The notes under the pieces were generated by a model. It made no database searches, was not told the DNA's origin, and worked only from the letters and a program-made list of their open reading frames with translations. The position numbers and the translations under genes were made by a program. Positions 21,659 to 30,754 of a stretch of 64,000 nucleotides of DNA are shown piece by piece (positions within the stretch are counted from its first letter, which is position 1; each line of letters opens with the position of its first letter). The DNA comes from Xanthobacteraceae bacterium (GTDB lineage Bacteria > Pseudomonadota > Alphaproteobacteria > Rhizobiales > Xanthobacteraceae), in assembly GCA_029266425.1 (NCBI GenBank), contig JAQSWY010000022.1:6654-70653 (forward strand), read 5' to 3'.

Positions 21659-22210
21659 GGCTCGATCCTTCACTGTGGGACCAACGACCCGGAGCGCCTC
21701 CTCCCTCGACGACACCAACCGCAGCAAGTGGCATGCCAGATACAAACATCCGCTCGCGCCATCCACAAGATGTTGCGGTGCGGCAACAGAGCGCGGCTCG
21801 ACATTGAGACACGCGAGGGGCGAGCGCGGCTGTCAGCCCGCAATGGCGGCAATGTGCCGGATCGGGATGCGCCCCGTAGGGGCCCACACGCCCATGTCAC
21901 ATGGCGGTGCTAGGCTCTGGCTGAGCTGACGATCAATGACTAGGCGTCGGAGGTAGAAACTGACCAACATCTAGTCATCGCCTCCCGTCTCGGGCAGGCG
22001 CGGCGAAGTGCCCTGAAACTACCGATGAACCAGAAGAATCCCTTGCAGGAAAAGGCGAAGCGGCTCTAGTCTCTCGCCCGTGAAGTGTCTGGTCGAGCTA
22101 TCGGGCCAACCGGTTTGGTGTATCAAACGCTGCAACAAAGATAGCCGGGACATCGGAGGGAGGCGGTTCGCTGTCTCTCGATTGAGCAACCCCGTCATGG
22201 GAGGATTTAG

Positions 22211-22717
22211 ATGGCCAAGATCAACAAGGTTCTGATTGGCGAGTCGCTGGTCGGAGACGGCAATGAAGTCGCGCATATCGACCTCATCATCGGCCCGCGC
22301 GGCAGCGCGGCCGAGACCGCGTTCGTGAATGCGCTGACCAACAACAAGGACGGCTTCACCTCGCTGCTCGCCGTGGTGACCCCGAACCTGCAAGCCAAGC
22401 CGAACACCATCCTGTTCAACAAGGTCACGATCAAGGATGCCCGCCAGGCGGTGCAGATGTTCGGGCCGGCGCAGTATGCGGTCGCCAAGGCGGTCGTCGA
22501 CAGCGTCGCCGACGGCACCATCCCCGAGGAGGAAGCCGACGACCTGTTCATCGCAGTCGGCGTGTTCATCCACTGGGAAGCGGCGGACGACGCCAAGATC
22601 CAGAAGTTCAACTACGAGGCCACCAAGGAAGCCCTGAAGCGCGCCGTCGATGGCTGGCCCAAGGCGCGCGACGTGATCTCGCAGGCCGCGACCGCCAAGC
22701 ATCCGTTCGCTGCTTAG
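22211..22717 (+). CDS. fae: Formaldehyde-activating enzyme
   Basis: [39 protein letters not shown]; GGAGG SD. Confidence 0.97.
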   Translation: MAKINKVLIGESLVGDGNEVAHIDLIIGPRGSAAETAFVNALTNNKDGFTSLLAVVTPNLQAKPNTILFNKVTIKDARQAVQMFGPAQYAVAKAVVDSVADGTIPEEEADDLFIAVGVFIHWEAADDAKIQKFNYEATKEALKRAVDGWPKARDVISQAATAKHPFAA

Positions 22718-22882
22718 ATCGGAAGCAACCCTGGGCAGACAAAAGCTCCGCCCGCGGCCCCGCCGAAGGGCCTGCTCCAGCGGTTGGCGGCAATCTTCCT
22801 CGACAAGTGAGGCCGGCTCGCCCGTCTCCCTTCGTCCGACAGCTCAGACGGCCGCGGCCGTCTAATGACCGCCGACTCCATC

Positions 22883-22916
22883 AGCCCGGGGCGCAAGCTC
22901 CGGGCTTTTTCTTTTT
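22883..22916 (+). terminator. Rho-independent terminator of the fae transcript
   Basis: AGCCCGGGGC-GCAA-GCTCCGGGCT stem with GNRA loop followed by a T-tract. Confidence 0.85.
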
Positions 22917-22928
22917 GGGACCTTCCCC

Positions 22929-23660
22929 TCACCCCGCCAGCATCTCGGCCCGGAACGCCTCGACCACTTTCGCCTGCCCGCGCTCGCCCGCCGACAGGCC
23001 CACCGCCACGTCGCGGACGATGCGCGCCGGGGTGCCTTCCAGCATGACGATGCGGCTCGCAAGCTCCACGGCCTCGCGGCTGTCATGGGTGACGAACAGC
23101 ACCGTTGCCGGATGCCGCTCCAGCAGCCGGCGCAGCAATTCGCGCAATCGCGCGGCATTGGCCTCGTCGAGCGAGACGAAGGGCTCGTCCATCAGGAGCA
23201 CGTCCGGCCGCACCGCAAAGGCGCGGGCCAAGGCGACGCGGCGCTGCTGGCCGACCGAGAGCCGCTCCGGATAGGCGCCTGCCGCTTCCGCCAGCCCCAC
23301 TTCGTCGAGCATGGCGCGCGCTTCGCCCTCGGCACCCTCGCCTCCGATCGGCAGCACGACATTCTCCAGCACCGTGCGCCAGGGCAGCAGGCGCGGATTC
23401 TGGAAGGCGTAGGCGATGCGCGGTTCTTGCCGCAGACCTTCCGGCGCGAACCGCACGCTCCCGGTGAAATCCGTGTCCAGCCCGGCGACGATGTTGAGCA
23501 GCGTGGTCTTGCCGAGCCCGGATTCTCCCAGCAGCACCAGGAAGGCGTGCGAAGAAACCTCCAGCGAGAAGTCGCGGAAGATCATGCGCGCCGGCGTGCC
23601 GGCCACCGCCGGATAGCGCTTCGACGCGATATCGAGCGTGATCGCCGTCAACGCCGCCAC
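22929..23660 (-). CDS. ABC transporter ATP-binding protein (NitT/TauT family)
   Basis: GESGLGKTT, FQNPRLLPW, LSVGQQRR, MDEPF; GTG/TTG start overlapping the permease stop. Confidence 0.88.
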   Translation of the reverse strand: MAALTAITLDIASKRYPAVAGTPARMIFRDFSLEVSSHAFLVLLGESGLGKTTLLNIVAGLDTDFTGSVRFAPEGLRQEPRIAYAFQNPRLLPWRTVLENVVLPIGGEGAEGEARAMLDEVGLAEAAGAYPERLSVGQQRRVALARAFAVRPDVLLMDEPFVSLDEANAARLRELLRRLLERHPATVLFVTHDSREAVELASRIVMLEGTPARIVRDVAVGLSAGERGQAKVVEAFRAEMLAG

Positions 23661-24511
23661 CGATTGGCGTGACGCTCCCAGGGCTGGATCAGCCCAACCT
23701 CGATGAGTTGCACCACGCAGGTGAAGGCCAGCGCATAGGCGAGCACGGTCGCGACATCGAACAGCTGGAACGCGGTCTGCAGTTCGAAGCCGACGCCGTT
23801 GGAGCGCCCGAGCAGTTCCACCACCAGAACGATCTTCCAGGTGAGCGCGAGGCCGGTGCGCGCGCTCGCTGCGAAGAACGGCGCGAGCTGCGGCAGCACC
23901 ACATGGCGCAGCGTGCGGGCGCGCGAGAAGCGGAACACCCGCGCCATCTCGTCGAGATCGCGGGAGAGCGCGGCCGCGCCCTCGCGCATCGTCACCGCGA
24001 CGTTCGGGATCTTGTTGACCGCGACCGCGGTGACGGCGGCGACCTCGGTGAGGCCGAACCAGACATAGCAGAGGATGATGACCACCAGCGCCGGCAGGTT
24101 CAAAAGCACGATCACCCACGGCCCGAACACCGCATCGAGCCGCGCCGAACGGCCGAGCGCGATGCCGATGGCCGAGCCCAGCACCATGGCGATGAGGAAG
24201 CTCGCGGCAACGCGCGCCAAGGTGATGGCGATGTTGCGGAACAGCGCGCCGTCGGCCGCGGTGCGCGACAAGGCCGCCGCCACCTCTGCCGGGCCGGGCA
24301 GCAGGCGCGAGGCCAGGATCATGGCGACCACCTGCCAGAACGCCACCAGCAGCAGCAGCGACAGCGCGGTCCAGCCGAGCCGCATGCCGGCACGGCGCCA
24401 GCCGGAGGTGGCGGACGGCTCAGGCGCTAGAGCATGACGCCGAAAAGTGCGAAGCGGTTTTCGGGCCATGTCATGCTCCAGCCTATCGGAATCGCTGGCA
24501 GCCATGCTCAT
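23648..24511 (-). CDS. ABC transporter permease (NitT/TauT family)
   Basis: Several TM segments, EAA-like DLDEMARVF, WKIVLVVELLG. Confidence 0.88.
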   Translation of the reverse strand: MSMAASDSDRLEHDMARKPLRTFRRHALAPEPSATSGWRRAGMRLGWTALSLLLLVAFWQVVAMILASRLLPGPAEVAAALSRTAADGALFRNIAITLARVAASFLIAMVLGSAIGIALGRSARLDAVFGPWVIVLLNLPALVVIILCYVWFGLTEVAAVTAVAVNKIPNVAVTMREGAAALSRDLDEMARVFRFSRARTLRHVVLPQLAPFFAASARTGLALTWKIVLVVELLGRSNGVGFELQTAFQLFDVATVLAYALAFTCVVQLIEVGLIQPWERHANRWRR

Positions 24512-25488
24512 CCCTTGACCGGGCCGAACAGCGCCGGATCGAAGCCCGGCTTCGGCCCCACCAGTTCTTCCCCGCCGGTACGGGCGAGCACCTGATAGAG
24601 CCGCTCGCAGGCGCTGAGCGCGCCGGCATCGAAGCCGCCCGGAATGCCGGCGCGGAAATAATCCCGCAGCTTGACGAACTCGGCCTCGTCCGCCGCCTGC
24701 ATCAGCGGGCGGATGCGCTCCCATGCGGCATCGGAGGTGGCGAGCACGCGGTTCGCCGCAGCAGCAGCGCGGAAGAAGCCGGCGAGCGCCTCGCCCTTTT
24801 CCTTCATGATGCGCTCGTTCCAGACGAAGCCGACCAAGGGCGGCGCCGGCGAGATGCCGAGTCCGCCGACCACGTCCTTCATGTCCATCAGCCGGACGAA
24901 ACCCTTGGCGTCGAGCCGCGCCGCATAGGGCCAGAAGGTGAGCGCGGCGTCGATGCGCCCGAGCGCGAGCTGCTCGTTCACCAGCGGCGCGGCGCCATAG
25001 ACCGGCTCGGCCACGGCGGCGAGATCGATGCCGGCCCGCTCGGAGGCATAGGCGCGCAGCAGCAGCCAGCTCTTGTCGAGCGCGCCGCCGGCCACCCCGA
25101 TCCTGCGGCCCTTGAGATCGGAGAGCGCGCGCACCTTGCCGTCCGCCGCCACCATCAGCGCGCCGAGCGCATTGGAGAAGGGCGCGAAGCGCAGCATCTC
25201 GCCATCGCTGCGCCGGCGCATCGCCCAGAGCCAGTCGGAGACGATGAGGTCGATGTCGCCGGCCTGCAGCCCGACCGTTGTGGCCTGGCCGGAGGCGAAA
25301 TCGACGCTCTCGATGCTGAGCCCCTCGCGGGCGATCAGCCCCTCGCCGCGCAGCGTCTCCAGGAGCCAGTTCAGCGTGCCGAATTTCAGCGTGCCGATGC
25401 GCAGCTTGGGCGGCTCGCTTCCGGCGCGCGCGGGGAAGGCGGCGAGCGCGGCGGCGCCGGCGAGGAGGGTGCGGCGGGAGAGCATCAT
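24508..25488 (-). CDS. Periplasmic substrate-binding protein, SsuA/THI5 family, PqqT-like (putative PQQ binding)
   Basis: Tat motif SRRTLL; GTLKFGTLNW, VSDWLW, GGALDKSWLLL; context next to xox/pqq genes. Confidence 0.7.
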   Translation of the reverse strand: MMLSRRTLLAGAAALAAFPARAGSEPPKLRIGTLKFGTLNWLLETLRGEGLIAREGLSIESVDFASGQATTVGLQAGDIDLIVSDWLWAMRRRSDGEMLRFAPFSNALGALMVAADGKVRALSDLKGRRIGVAGGALDKSWLLLRAYASERAGIDLAAVAEPVYGAAPLVNEQLALGRIDAALTFWPYAARLDAKGFVRLMDMKDVVGGLGISPAPPLVGFVWNERIMKEKGEALAGFFRAAAAANRVLATSDAAWERIRPLMQAADEAEFVKLRDYFRAGIPGGFDAGALSACERLYQVLARTGGEELVGPKPGFDPALFGPVKG

Positions 25489-26186
25489 GGAGTGGCAGCC
25501 TTTGCAGCGGCTTTTCCGGTCAACGGCGGATCGAGCAGCCGGTTGCGTATCAGATAAGAGATGCCGCGCATCCAGGATTCATCCGTGTTGTTGCGGATAT
25601 CGGCGCTGCCCGCCCGCAGCACCGCCCCGGACGCGACGTCGCGCAGCTGGAAATTGATGTTGAGGATGAGGTTGGAGACCTTCTGCACCAGCCCGATCAC
25701 CTCGATGTCGGCACCGAGCTCACGAGCGATCGGCAGCTCGCAGCTGTTGCAATTGCGGAACGGCGCCGCCTCCTCGATCTGCGCCTTTTGCGGGGCGAGC
25801 CCGATCACCTCATAGCCGGCTTCGCTGAGGCGCTTGCGCACATCCTCGGTGATGAGCGCGAGCCGGCGGGCCTCGTCCGGCTTCGGGCCGCGTATATCGG
25901 CTTCGGTGCTGGTGTCGAGCAATTCGAAATCGAATACCGCGACCTTGGTCGCGGCGTGGGCGGCAGTCGTGAGGAGGATGAAGGCGGCGATGGTGGCAAT
26001 CTGCGTGAGCATCCTTCGAGGCCCGGCTTTGCCGGGCACCTCAGGATGAGGTCGCTTCTCATAGTACAACCTCATCCTGAGGTGCTCGCCAACCCGGGTC
26101 TTGCCTTCGGCAAGCCCAAAGAAGGATCCTAAGCCTCGAAGGATGCTGAAGCAGAACACGCCTGCACGTCCCACGACATCACTCAT
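25485..26186 (-). CDS. DUF3280/DUF2380-like exported protein with an in-frame repeat in its N-terminus
   Basis: AVFDFELLD, CNSC, VQKVSNLILNIN, DIRNNTDESW; AGGGAGG SD 8 nt before ATG 26186; alternative start at ATG 26012. Confidence 0.75.
   Translation of the reverse strand: MSDVVGRAGVFCFSILRGLGSFFGLAEGKTRVGEHLRMRLYYEKRPHPEVPGKAGPRRMLTQIATIAAFILLTTAAHAATKVAVFDFELLDTSTEADIRGPKPDEARRLALITEDVRKRLSEAGYEVIGLAPQKAQIEEAAPFRNCNSCELPIARELGADIEVIGLVQKVSNLILNINFQLRDVASGAVLRAGSADIRNNTDESWMRGISYLIRNRLLDPPLTGKAAAKAATP
26007..26154. repeat. Family A repeat lying inside the 25485-26186 reading frame
   Basis: GAGCATCCTTCGAGG...CCTCGAAGGATGCTGAAGCAG. Confidence 0.88.
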
Positions 26187-26292
26187 CCGATGCGCCTCCC
26201 TGCGCCTTGCCATGATCATAGTAGCGCACCGACCCGCCGCAACCAGCGTTTCTCAATTTTCCGTCAAGGGCTGACAACAAATCGCTGTATAG

Positions 26293-26335
26293 ATAGAGAA
26301 TTTCTTATATCTTATTAATTTCTTATACTCTCTAT
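26293..26335. promoter_or_regulatory. AT-rich divergent promoter with three TCTTAT boxes
   Basis: ATAGAGA-ATTTCTTATATCTTATTAATTTCTTATAC-TCTCTAT. Confidence 0.6.
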
Positions 26336-26428
26336 TCAGTTGAATACTTAAGTATCTTTGCTAGGCTTTTTCCTGCGGTGACCGAACGTCAATTCAGAAC
26401 AGAGCGAAACCGCGGGGATGAAAGGCCG

Positions 26429-27667
26429 ATGAGAAGGATGATCCGCGCCGCGTGCGGCGCGCTGGCGCTTGCCGCCGTGCTCGCGCCTGCCGGCGCTCTC
26501 GCCCAAGGTGAAGCTCCCGCCCCCGCGGCCCCGCCCGCGGCGAAGCCTTCGACGGCGATCCCGCCGGAGCAGACCTTCCGCATCGGCGTGGTGCGGCAGG
26601 TTCCCGAGCAGCCGGCATGGGTCGCCCCGCTCTCCGCGCCGCCTGAGGATCTCGGCATTGCCGGTGCCCAGCTCGGCATTCGCGACAGCCTCACCAGCGG
26701 GCGCTTCCTCAAACTCGACTACAACCTCGAGACCGAGACGGTACCGACCGACGGCGATCCGCTCCCCGCCGCACAAAAGCTCGCGGACGCCGGCAACAAT
26801 TACATATTGCTCGATGTGCCCGCCGCGCAGCTCCTGAGGATCGCCGACGCGCTCAGGGGTCGGGACGTCGTCCTCATGAATGTCGGCGCGCAGGACGACC
26901 GGCTGCGCCAGCAGGATTGCCGGGCGAACGTGTTCCACGTCGCGCCGAGCCGCTCGCAGCTCACCGACGCCCTCGCCCAGTTCCTTGTCACCAAGCGCTG
27001 GATGAACTGGTTCCTGATGACCGGGCGCACCGACGGCGACAAGCTCTATGCCGAGGCGGTGAAGCGCTCGGCAAAGAAGTTCGGCGCCAAGATCATCGCC
27101 GAGAAGATCTGGGACTATGGCCCGGACGCCCGCGCCACCGCGCAATCCGAAGTGCCGCGGGCGACCCAGGTCGGCGACTATGATGTGCTCATCACCGCCG
27201 ACGAGCTCGGCGAATTCGGCGAGCTCGTCGCGTACAATACCTGGCTGCCGCGCCCCACCGCCGGCACCCAGGGCCTGATGCCGCTCTCCTGGCACCCGAC
27301 CATGGAGAATTGGGGCGCCGCACAATTGCAGAGCCGCTTCTTCAAGCAGACGAAGCGCATGATGCAGCCGCTCGATTTCCAGATGTGGGCAGGCGTGTTC
27401 GCCATCGGCTCGGCCGGCATCAAGACCCGCAACAGCGATATCGCCAAAGTCCGCGCCGAGCTGCTGGCGCCGGAATACGATCTGCCGGTGTTCAAGGGCG
27501 TCGCCGCGAGCTTCCGCGAATGGGACCACCAGCTGCGCCAGCCGATCCTGCTCACCCATGCCACCAATACGGTGACGCTGTCGCCGCAATCCGGCTTTCT
27601 GCATCAGCGGACGCCGCTCGACACTCTGGGCTTCGACAAGCCCGAGACCAAGTGCAAGCTCGATTAG
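26429..27667 (+). CDS. ABC substrate-binding protein of PQQ-dehydrogenase clusters (LutA/PedA2-like)
   Basis: Signal peptide; LivJ-like fold; LRQQDCRANVFH, WDHQLRQPI, FLHQRTPLDTLGFDKPETKC. Confidence 0.8.
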   Translation: MRRMIRAACGALALAAVLAPAGALAQGEAPAPAAPPAAKPSTAIPPEQTFRIGVVRQVPEQPAWVAPLSAPPEDLGIAGAQLGIRDSLTSGRFLKLDYNLETETVPTDGDPLPAAQKLADAGNNYILLDVPAAQLLRIADALRGRDVVLMNVGAQDDRLRQQDCRANVFHVAPSRSQLTDALAQFLVTKRWMNWFLMTGRTDGDKLYAEAVKRSAKKFGAKIIAEKIWDYGPDARATAQSEVPRATQVGDYDVLITADELGEFGELVAYNTWLPRPTAGTQGLMPLSWHPTMENWGAAQLQSRFFKQTKRMMQPLDFQMWAGVFAIGSAGIKTRNSDIAKVRAELLAPEYDLPVFKGVAASFREWDHQLRQPILLTHATNTVTLSPQSGFLHQRTPLDTLGFDKPETKCKLD

Positions 27668-27707
27668 CTGGCAAATTCAACGAGAACCAACACCTTGGGA
27701 GGAACCG

Positions 27708-28697
27708 ATGACCAGCCGCCTCACGCCCGCCGTCAGCCTTGCCGCCCTCGTCGGCACGCTCGTCGCGGCGGACGCCGTTCCGGCGAGCGCCCAGGTGCGC
27801 GCCTTCATCTCCAATGAGCGCGACCACACGGTGAGCGTGGTCGACATGGACAATCTGAAGGTGATCGAGACCATCAAGACCGGCCGCCGCCCGCGCGGCA
27901 TCACCGCGAGCCCGGACGGCAAGCTGATCTATCTCTGCGCCTCCGACGACAACCGCGTCGAGGTCTATGATTCCAAGACCTTCAAGATGATCAAGACGCT
28001 GCGCTCGGGTCCCGATCCGGAGCTGTTCGTGCTCGCCCCCTCCGGCAATCCGCTCTACATCGCCAATGAGGATGACAACATGGTCACCTCGGTGAATGTC
28101 GACACCAATGAGCTGGTGGCGGAGATCGAGGTCGGCGTCGAGCCGGAAGGCATGGGGGTGAGCCCGGACGGCAAGATTCTGGTCAACACCTCCGAGACCA
28201 CCAACATGGCGCACATCATCGACACCTCGACCAACCAGGTGATCGAGAACGTGCTGGTGGATTCCCGCCCGCGCTACGCCACGTTCAATTCGGATGGCTC
28301 CCAGCTCTGGGTGTCGTCCGAGGTCGGCGGCACGGTGGCGGTGATCGACCCCAAGACCTGGAAGATCACCAAGAAGGTCTCCTTCAACATCCCCGGCGTG
28401 AACCAGGACGCCATCCAGCCGGTCGGCATCCGCATCACCAAGGACGGCTCGAAAGCCTTCGTCGCGCTCGGCCCGGCCAACCGCATCGCAGTGATCAACG
28501 CCAAGACGCTGGAGGTGGAGAAGTATCTGCTCGTCGGCCAGCGCGTCTGGCAGCTCGGCTTCACCCCGGACGAGAAGCTGCTGATCACCACCAACGGCAA
28601 TTCCAACGACGTCTCGATCATCGATGTCGCGGCGGAGAAGGTGACGAAGTCGGTCGCGGTCGGGCGCTCGCCCTGGGGCGTGGTGGTGGTGCCGTGA
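27708..28697 (+). CDS. YVTN beta-propeller protein, PQQ-catabolism associated (LutB/PedA1-like)
   Basis: Repeated blades (TGRRPRGI, SGPDPELF, VGVEPEGM, VGRSPWGV). Confidence 0.85.
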   Translation: MTSRLTPAVSLAALVGTLVAADAVPASAQVRAFISNERDHTVSVVDMDNLKVIETIKTGRRPRGITASPDGKLIYLCASDDNRVEVYDSKTFKMIKTLRSGPDPELFVLAPSGNPLYIANEDDNMVTSVNVDTNELVAEIEVGVEPEGMGVSPDGKILVNTSETTNMAHIIDTSTNQVIENVLVDSRPRYATFNSDGSQLWVSSEVGGTVAVIDPKTWKITKKVSFNIPGVNQDAIQPVGIRITKDGSKAFVALGPANRIAVINAKTLEVEKYLLVGQRVWQLGFTPDEKLLITTNGNSNDVSIIDVAAEKVTKSVAVGRSPWGVVVVP

Positions 28698-28713
28698 GGG
28701 AGACGTCCAAGCG

Positions 28714-28796
28714 CGTCATGGCCGGGCTTGTCCCGGCCATCCACGGTTGATCCCTCGTCGCGGACGTGTATCCCCGGAACAAGCCCGGGGATGACG
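28714..28796. repeat. Family C CGTC-tagged repeat
   Basis: CGTCATGGCCGGGCTTGTCCCGGCCATC...CAAGCCCGGGGATGACG. Confidence 0.88.
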
Positions 28797-28936
28797 GTCA
28801 ATTGGTGAATGACACGAGAACCAGTCGGGTGAGGTCGCGATCGACTGGGAACATTGGGTAGAATGAAGCGTCGTCCCCGGCCGCGTGCCGGGGATATCAT
28901 TTTGGGAAGCGTGCATTTCCGCTGCGGAAGAGGCCG

Positions 28937-29728
28937 ATGCAGCTCGATCTGATGAAAGACGGCGTGGACACGGCAGAGGACATACCGGCGCTCGGTGTCG
29001 AAGGCGTCACCCACGCGTTCGGCACGCGCAAGGCGCTGGACGACGTCTCGCTCAGCGTGCCGCGCGGCAGCTTCACCGCCTTGCTCGGGCCGAACGGCGC
29101 CGGCAAGACCACGCTGTTCTCGCTGGTGACGCGGCTCTACGACAATCGCTCGGGCTCGATCCGCGTGCTCGGCTTCGATGTGCGGCGCCAGCCGGCGGCG
29201 GCGCTGTCTCGGCTCGGCGTGGTGTTCCAGGCCCGCACGCTCGATCTCGAGCTCAGCGTCATGCAGAACCTCGTCTACCACGCCGCGCTGCACGGCGTCG
29301 GCTTTGCCGCGGGGCGGCAGCGGGCGCGCGAGGTGCTGGAGCAGGTCGGGCTGTCCGACCGGGCGAAGGACAAGGTGCGCAACCTCTCCGGCGGCCAGAT
29401 GCGCCGCGTCGAGATCGCGCGCGCGCTGATGCACCGGCCGGACCTGCTGCTGCTCGACGAGCCGACCGTCGGCCTCGACATCGGCTCGCGGGCCGCGCTG
29501 CTTTTAGAGGTGCGGCGCCTCGTCGCCATCGAGGGCATCGGGGTGCTGTGGGCGACGCACATCATCGAGGAAATCCACCCCGGCGATCGCGTCGTGGTGC
29601 TGCACCAGGGCCGGGTACGGGCCGAGGGGACGTATGAAAGTGTCGTCACGGGGGTGGGAGCCGGGGATCTGTCGGGTGCGTTCCTGAAGATCATCGGCGA
29701 CGAGGCGGCGACCGGAGACCAGGGATGA
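28937..29728 (+). CDS. ABC transporter ATP-binding protein (LutE/PedB-like)
   Basis: GPNGAGKTT, LSGGQMRRVEIARAL, DEPTVGLD. Confidence 0.88.
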   Translation: MQLDLMKDGVDTAEDIPALGVEGVTHAFGTRKALDDVSLSVPRGSFTALLGPNGAGKTTLFSLVTRLYDNRSGSIRVLGFDVRRQPAAALSRLGVVFQARTLDLELSVMQNLVYHAALHGVGFAAGRQRAREVLEQVGLSDRAKDKVRNLSGGQMRRVEIARALMHRPDLLLLDEPTVGLDIGSRAALLLEVRRLVAIEGIGVLWATHIIEEIHPGDRVVVLHQGRVRAEGTYESVVTGVGAGDLSGAFLKIIGDEAATGDQG

Positions 29729-29737
29729 GGGCGCTCG

Positions 29738-29842
29738 GCTTCAGCATCCTTCGAGGCCGCTCCGCGACACCTCAGGATGAGGTTCATTTTCAAGAACAAC
29801 CTCATCCTGAAGTGCGAGCGCAGCGAGCCTCGAAGGATGCTC
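29738..29842. repeat. Family A repeat between ABC ATPase and permease genes
   Basis: GCTTCAGCATCCTTCGAGG...CCTCGAAGGATGCT. Confidence 0.88.
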
Positions 29843-29882
29843 TCCCGCACGCCCCCTCCTCCACACCGGGAGCATCGCGCAC

Positions 29883-30731
29883 ATGAGCTTCCTCCCGGAA
29901 AAGCCGGCCTTCCGCTTGCCACTCTCGGGCTACGCCATCTGCATGGCCGGGATCTGCTGGCGCGAGGCGCTGCGCTTCCTCAATCAGCGCGGCCGCTTCC
30001 TCTCGGCGCTGGTGCGGCCCTTGGTGTGGCTCTTCATCTTCGCCGCCGGCTTCCGCTCGGTGCTCGGGGTTTCGATCATTCCGCCTTACGAGACCTATGT
30101 GCTCTACGAGGTCTATGTGACGCCGGGGCTGATCGCGATGATCCAGCTGTTCAACGGGCTACAATCGTCGCTGTCCATGGTCTATGACCGCGAGGTCGGC
30201 GCCATGCGCATATTGCTGGTGAGCCCCTATCCGCGCTGGTTCCTGCTGGTCTCCAAGCTCACCGCCGGCATCTGCGTCTCCATCCTGCAGGTCTATGCGT
30301 TCCTGCTGGTGGCGTGGCTTTGGGGGGTCGACCTGCCGCCGCTCGGCTTCCTCACCGTGCTGCCGGCCCTCGTGCTCGCCGGCTTCATGCTCGGCGCCAT
30401 GGGGCTGCTGATGAGCTCGGTCTTCAAGCAGATGGAGAATTTCGCCAGCGTGATGAACTTCGTCATCTTCCCGATGTTCTTCGCCTCATCGGCGCTCTAC
30501 CCGCTGTGGCGGGTGCAGGAGAGCAGCCTCGTGCTGTACTATATCTGCATGTTCAACCCGTTCTCCTATGCGGTGGAGCTGATCCGCTTTGCGCTCTATG
30601 GCCAGTTCGAGCCGTTCTCGGCGCTCATCGTGGCCGGCTGCTCGGTGATATTTCTCGCCGCCTCCATTCTCGCCTATGATCCGTCCGCCGGCATCATGGC
30701 CCGCCGCGGCGGGCCTGAGGCGGCCAAATGA
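29883..30731 (+). CDS. ABC-2 type permease (LutF/PedC-like)
   Basis: SALVRPLVWL, QSSLSMVYDREVG, NFVIFPMFFASSALYP. Confidence 0.88.
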   Translation: MSFLPEKPAFRLPLSGYAICMAGICWREALRFLNQRGRFLSALVRPLVWLFIFAAGFRSVLGVSIIPPYETYVLYEVYVTPGLIAMIQLFNGLQSSLSMVYDREVGAMRILLVSPYPRWFLLVSKLTAGICVSILQVYAFLLVAWLWGVDLPPLGFLTVLPALVLAGFMLGAMGLLMSSVFKQMENFASVMNFVIFPMFFASSALYPLWRVQESSLVLYYICMFNPFSYAVELIRFALYGQFEPFSALIVAGCSVIFLAASILAYDPSAGIMARRGGPEAAK

Positions 30732-30754
30732 AAAGAATTCCCGGGAGCCGCCTC

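Noticed and set aside
22715-22717. Pyrrolysine decoding of the fae UAG
   Set aside because: No pylTSBCD in the window and not expected in this lineage; generic readthrough or a lost tail is more plausible.
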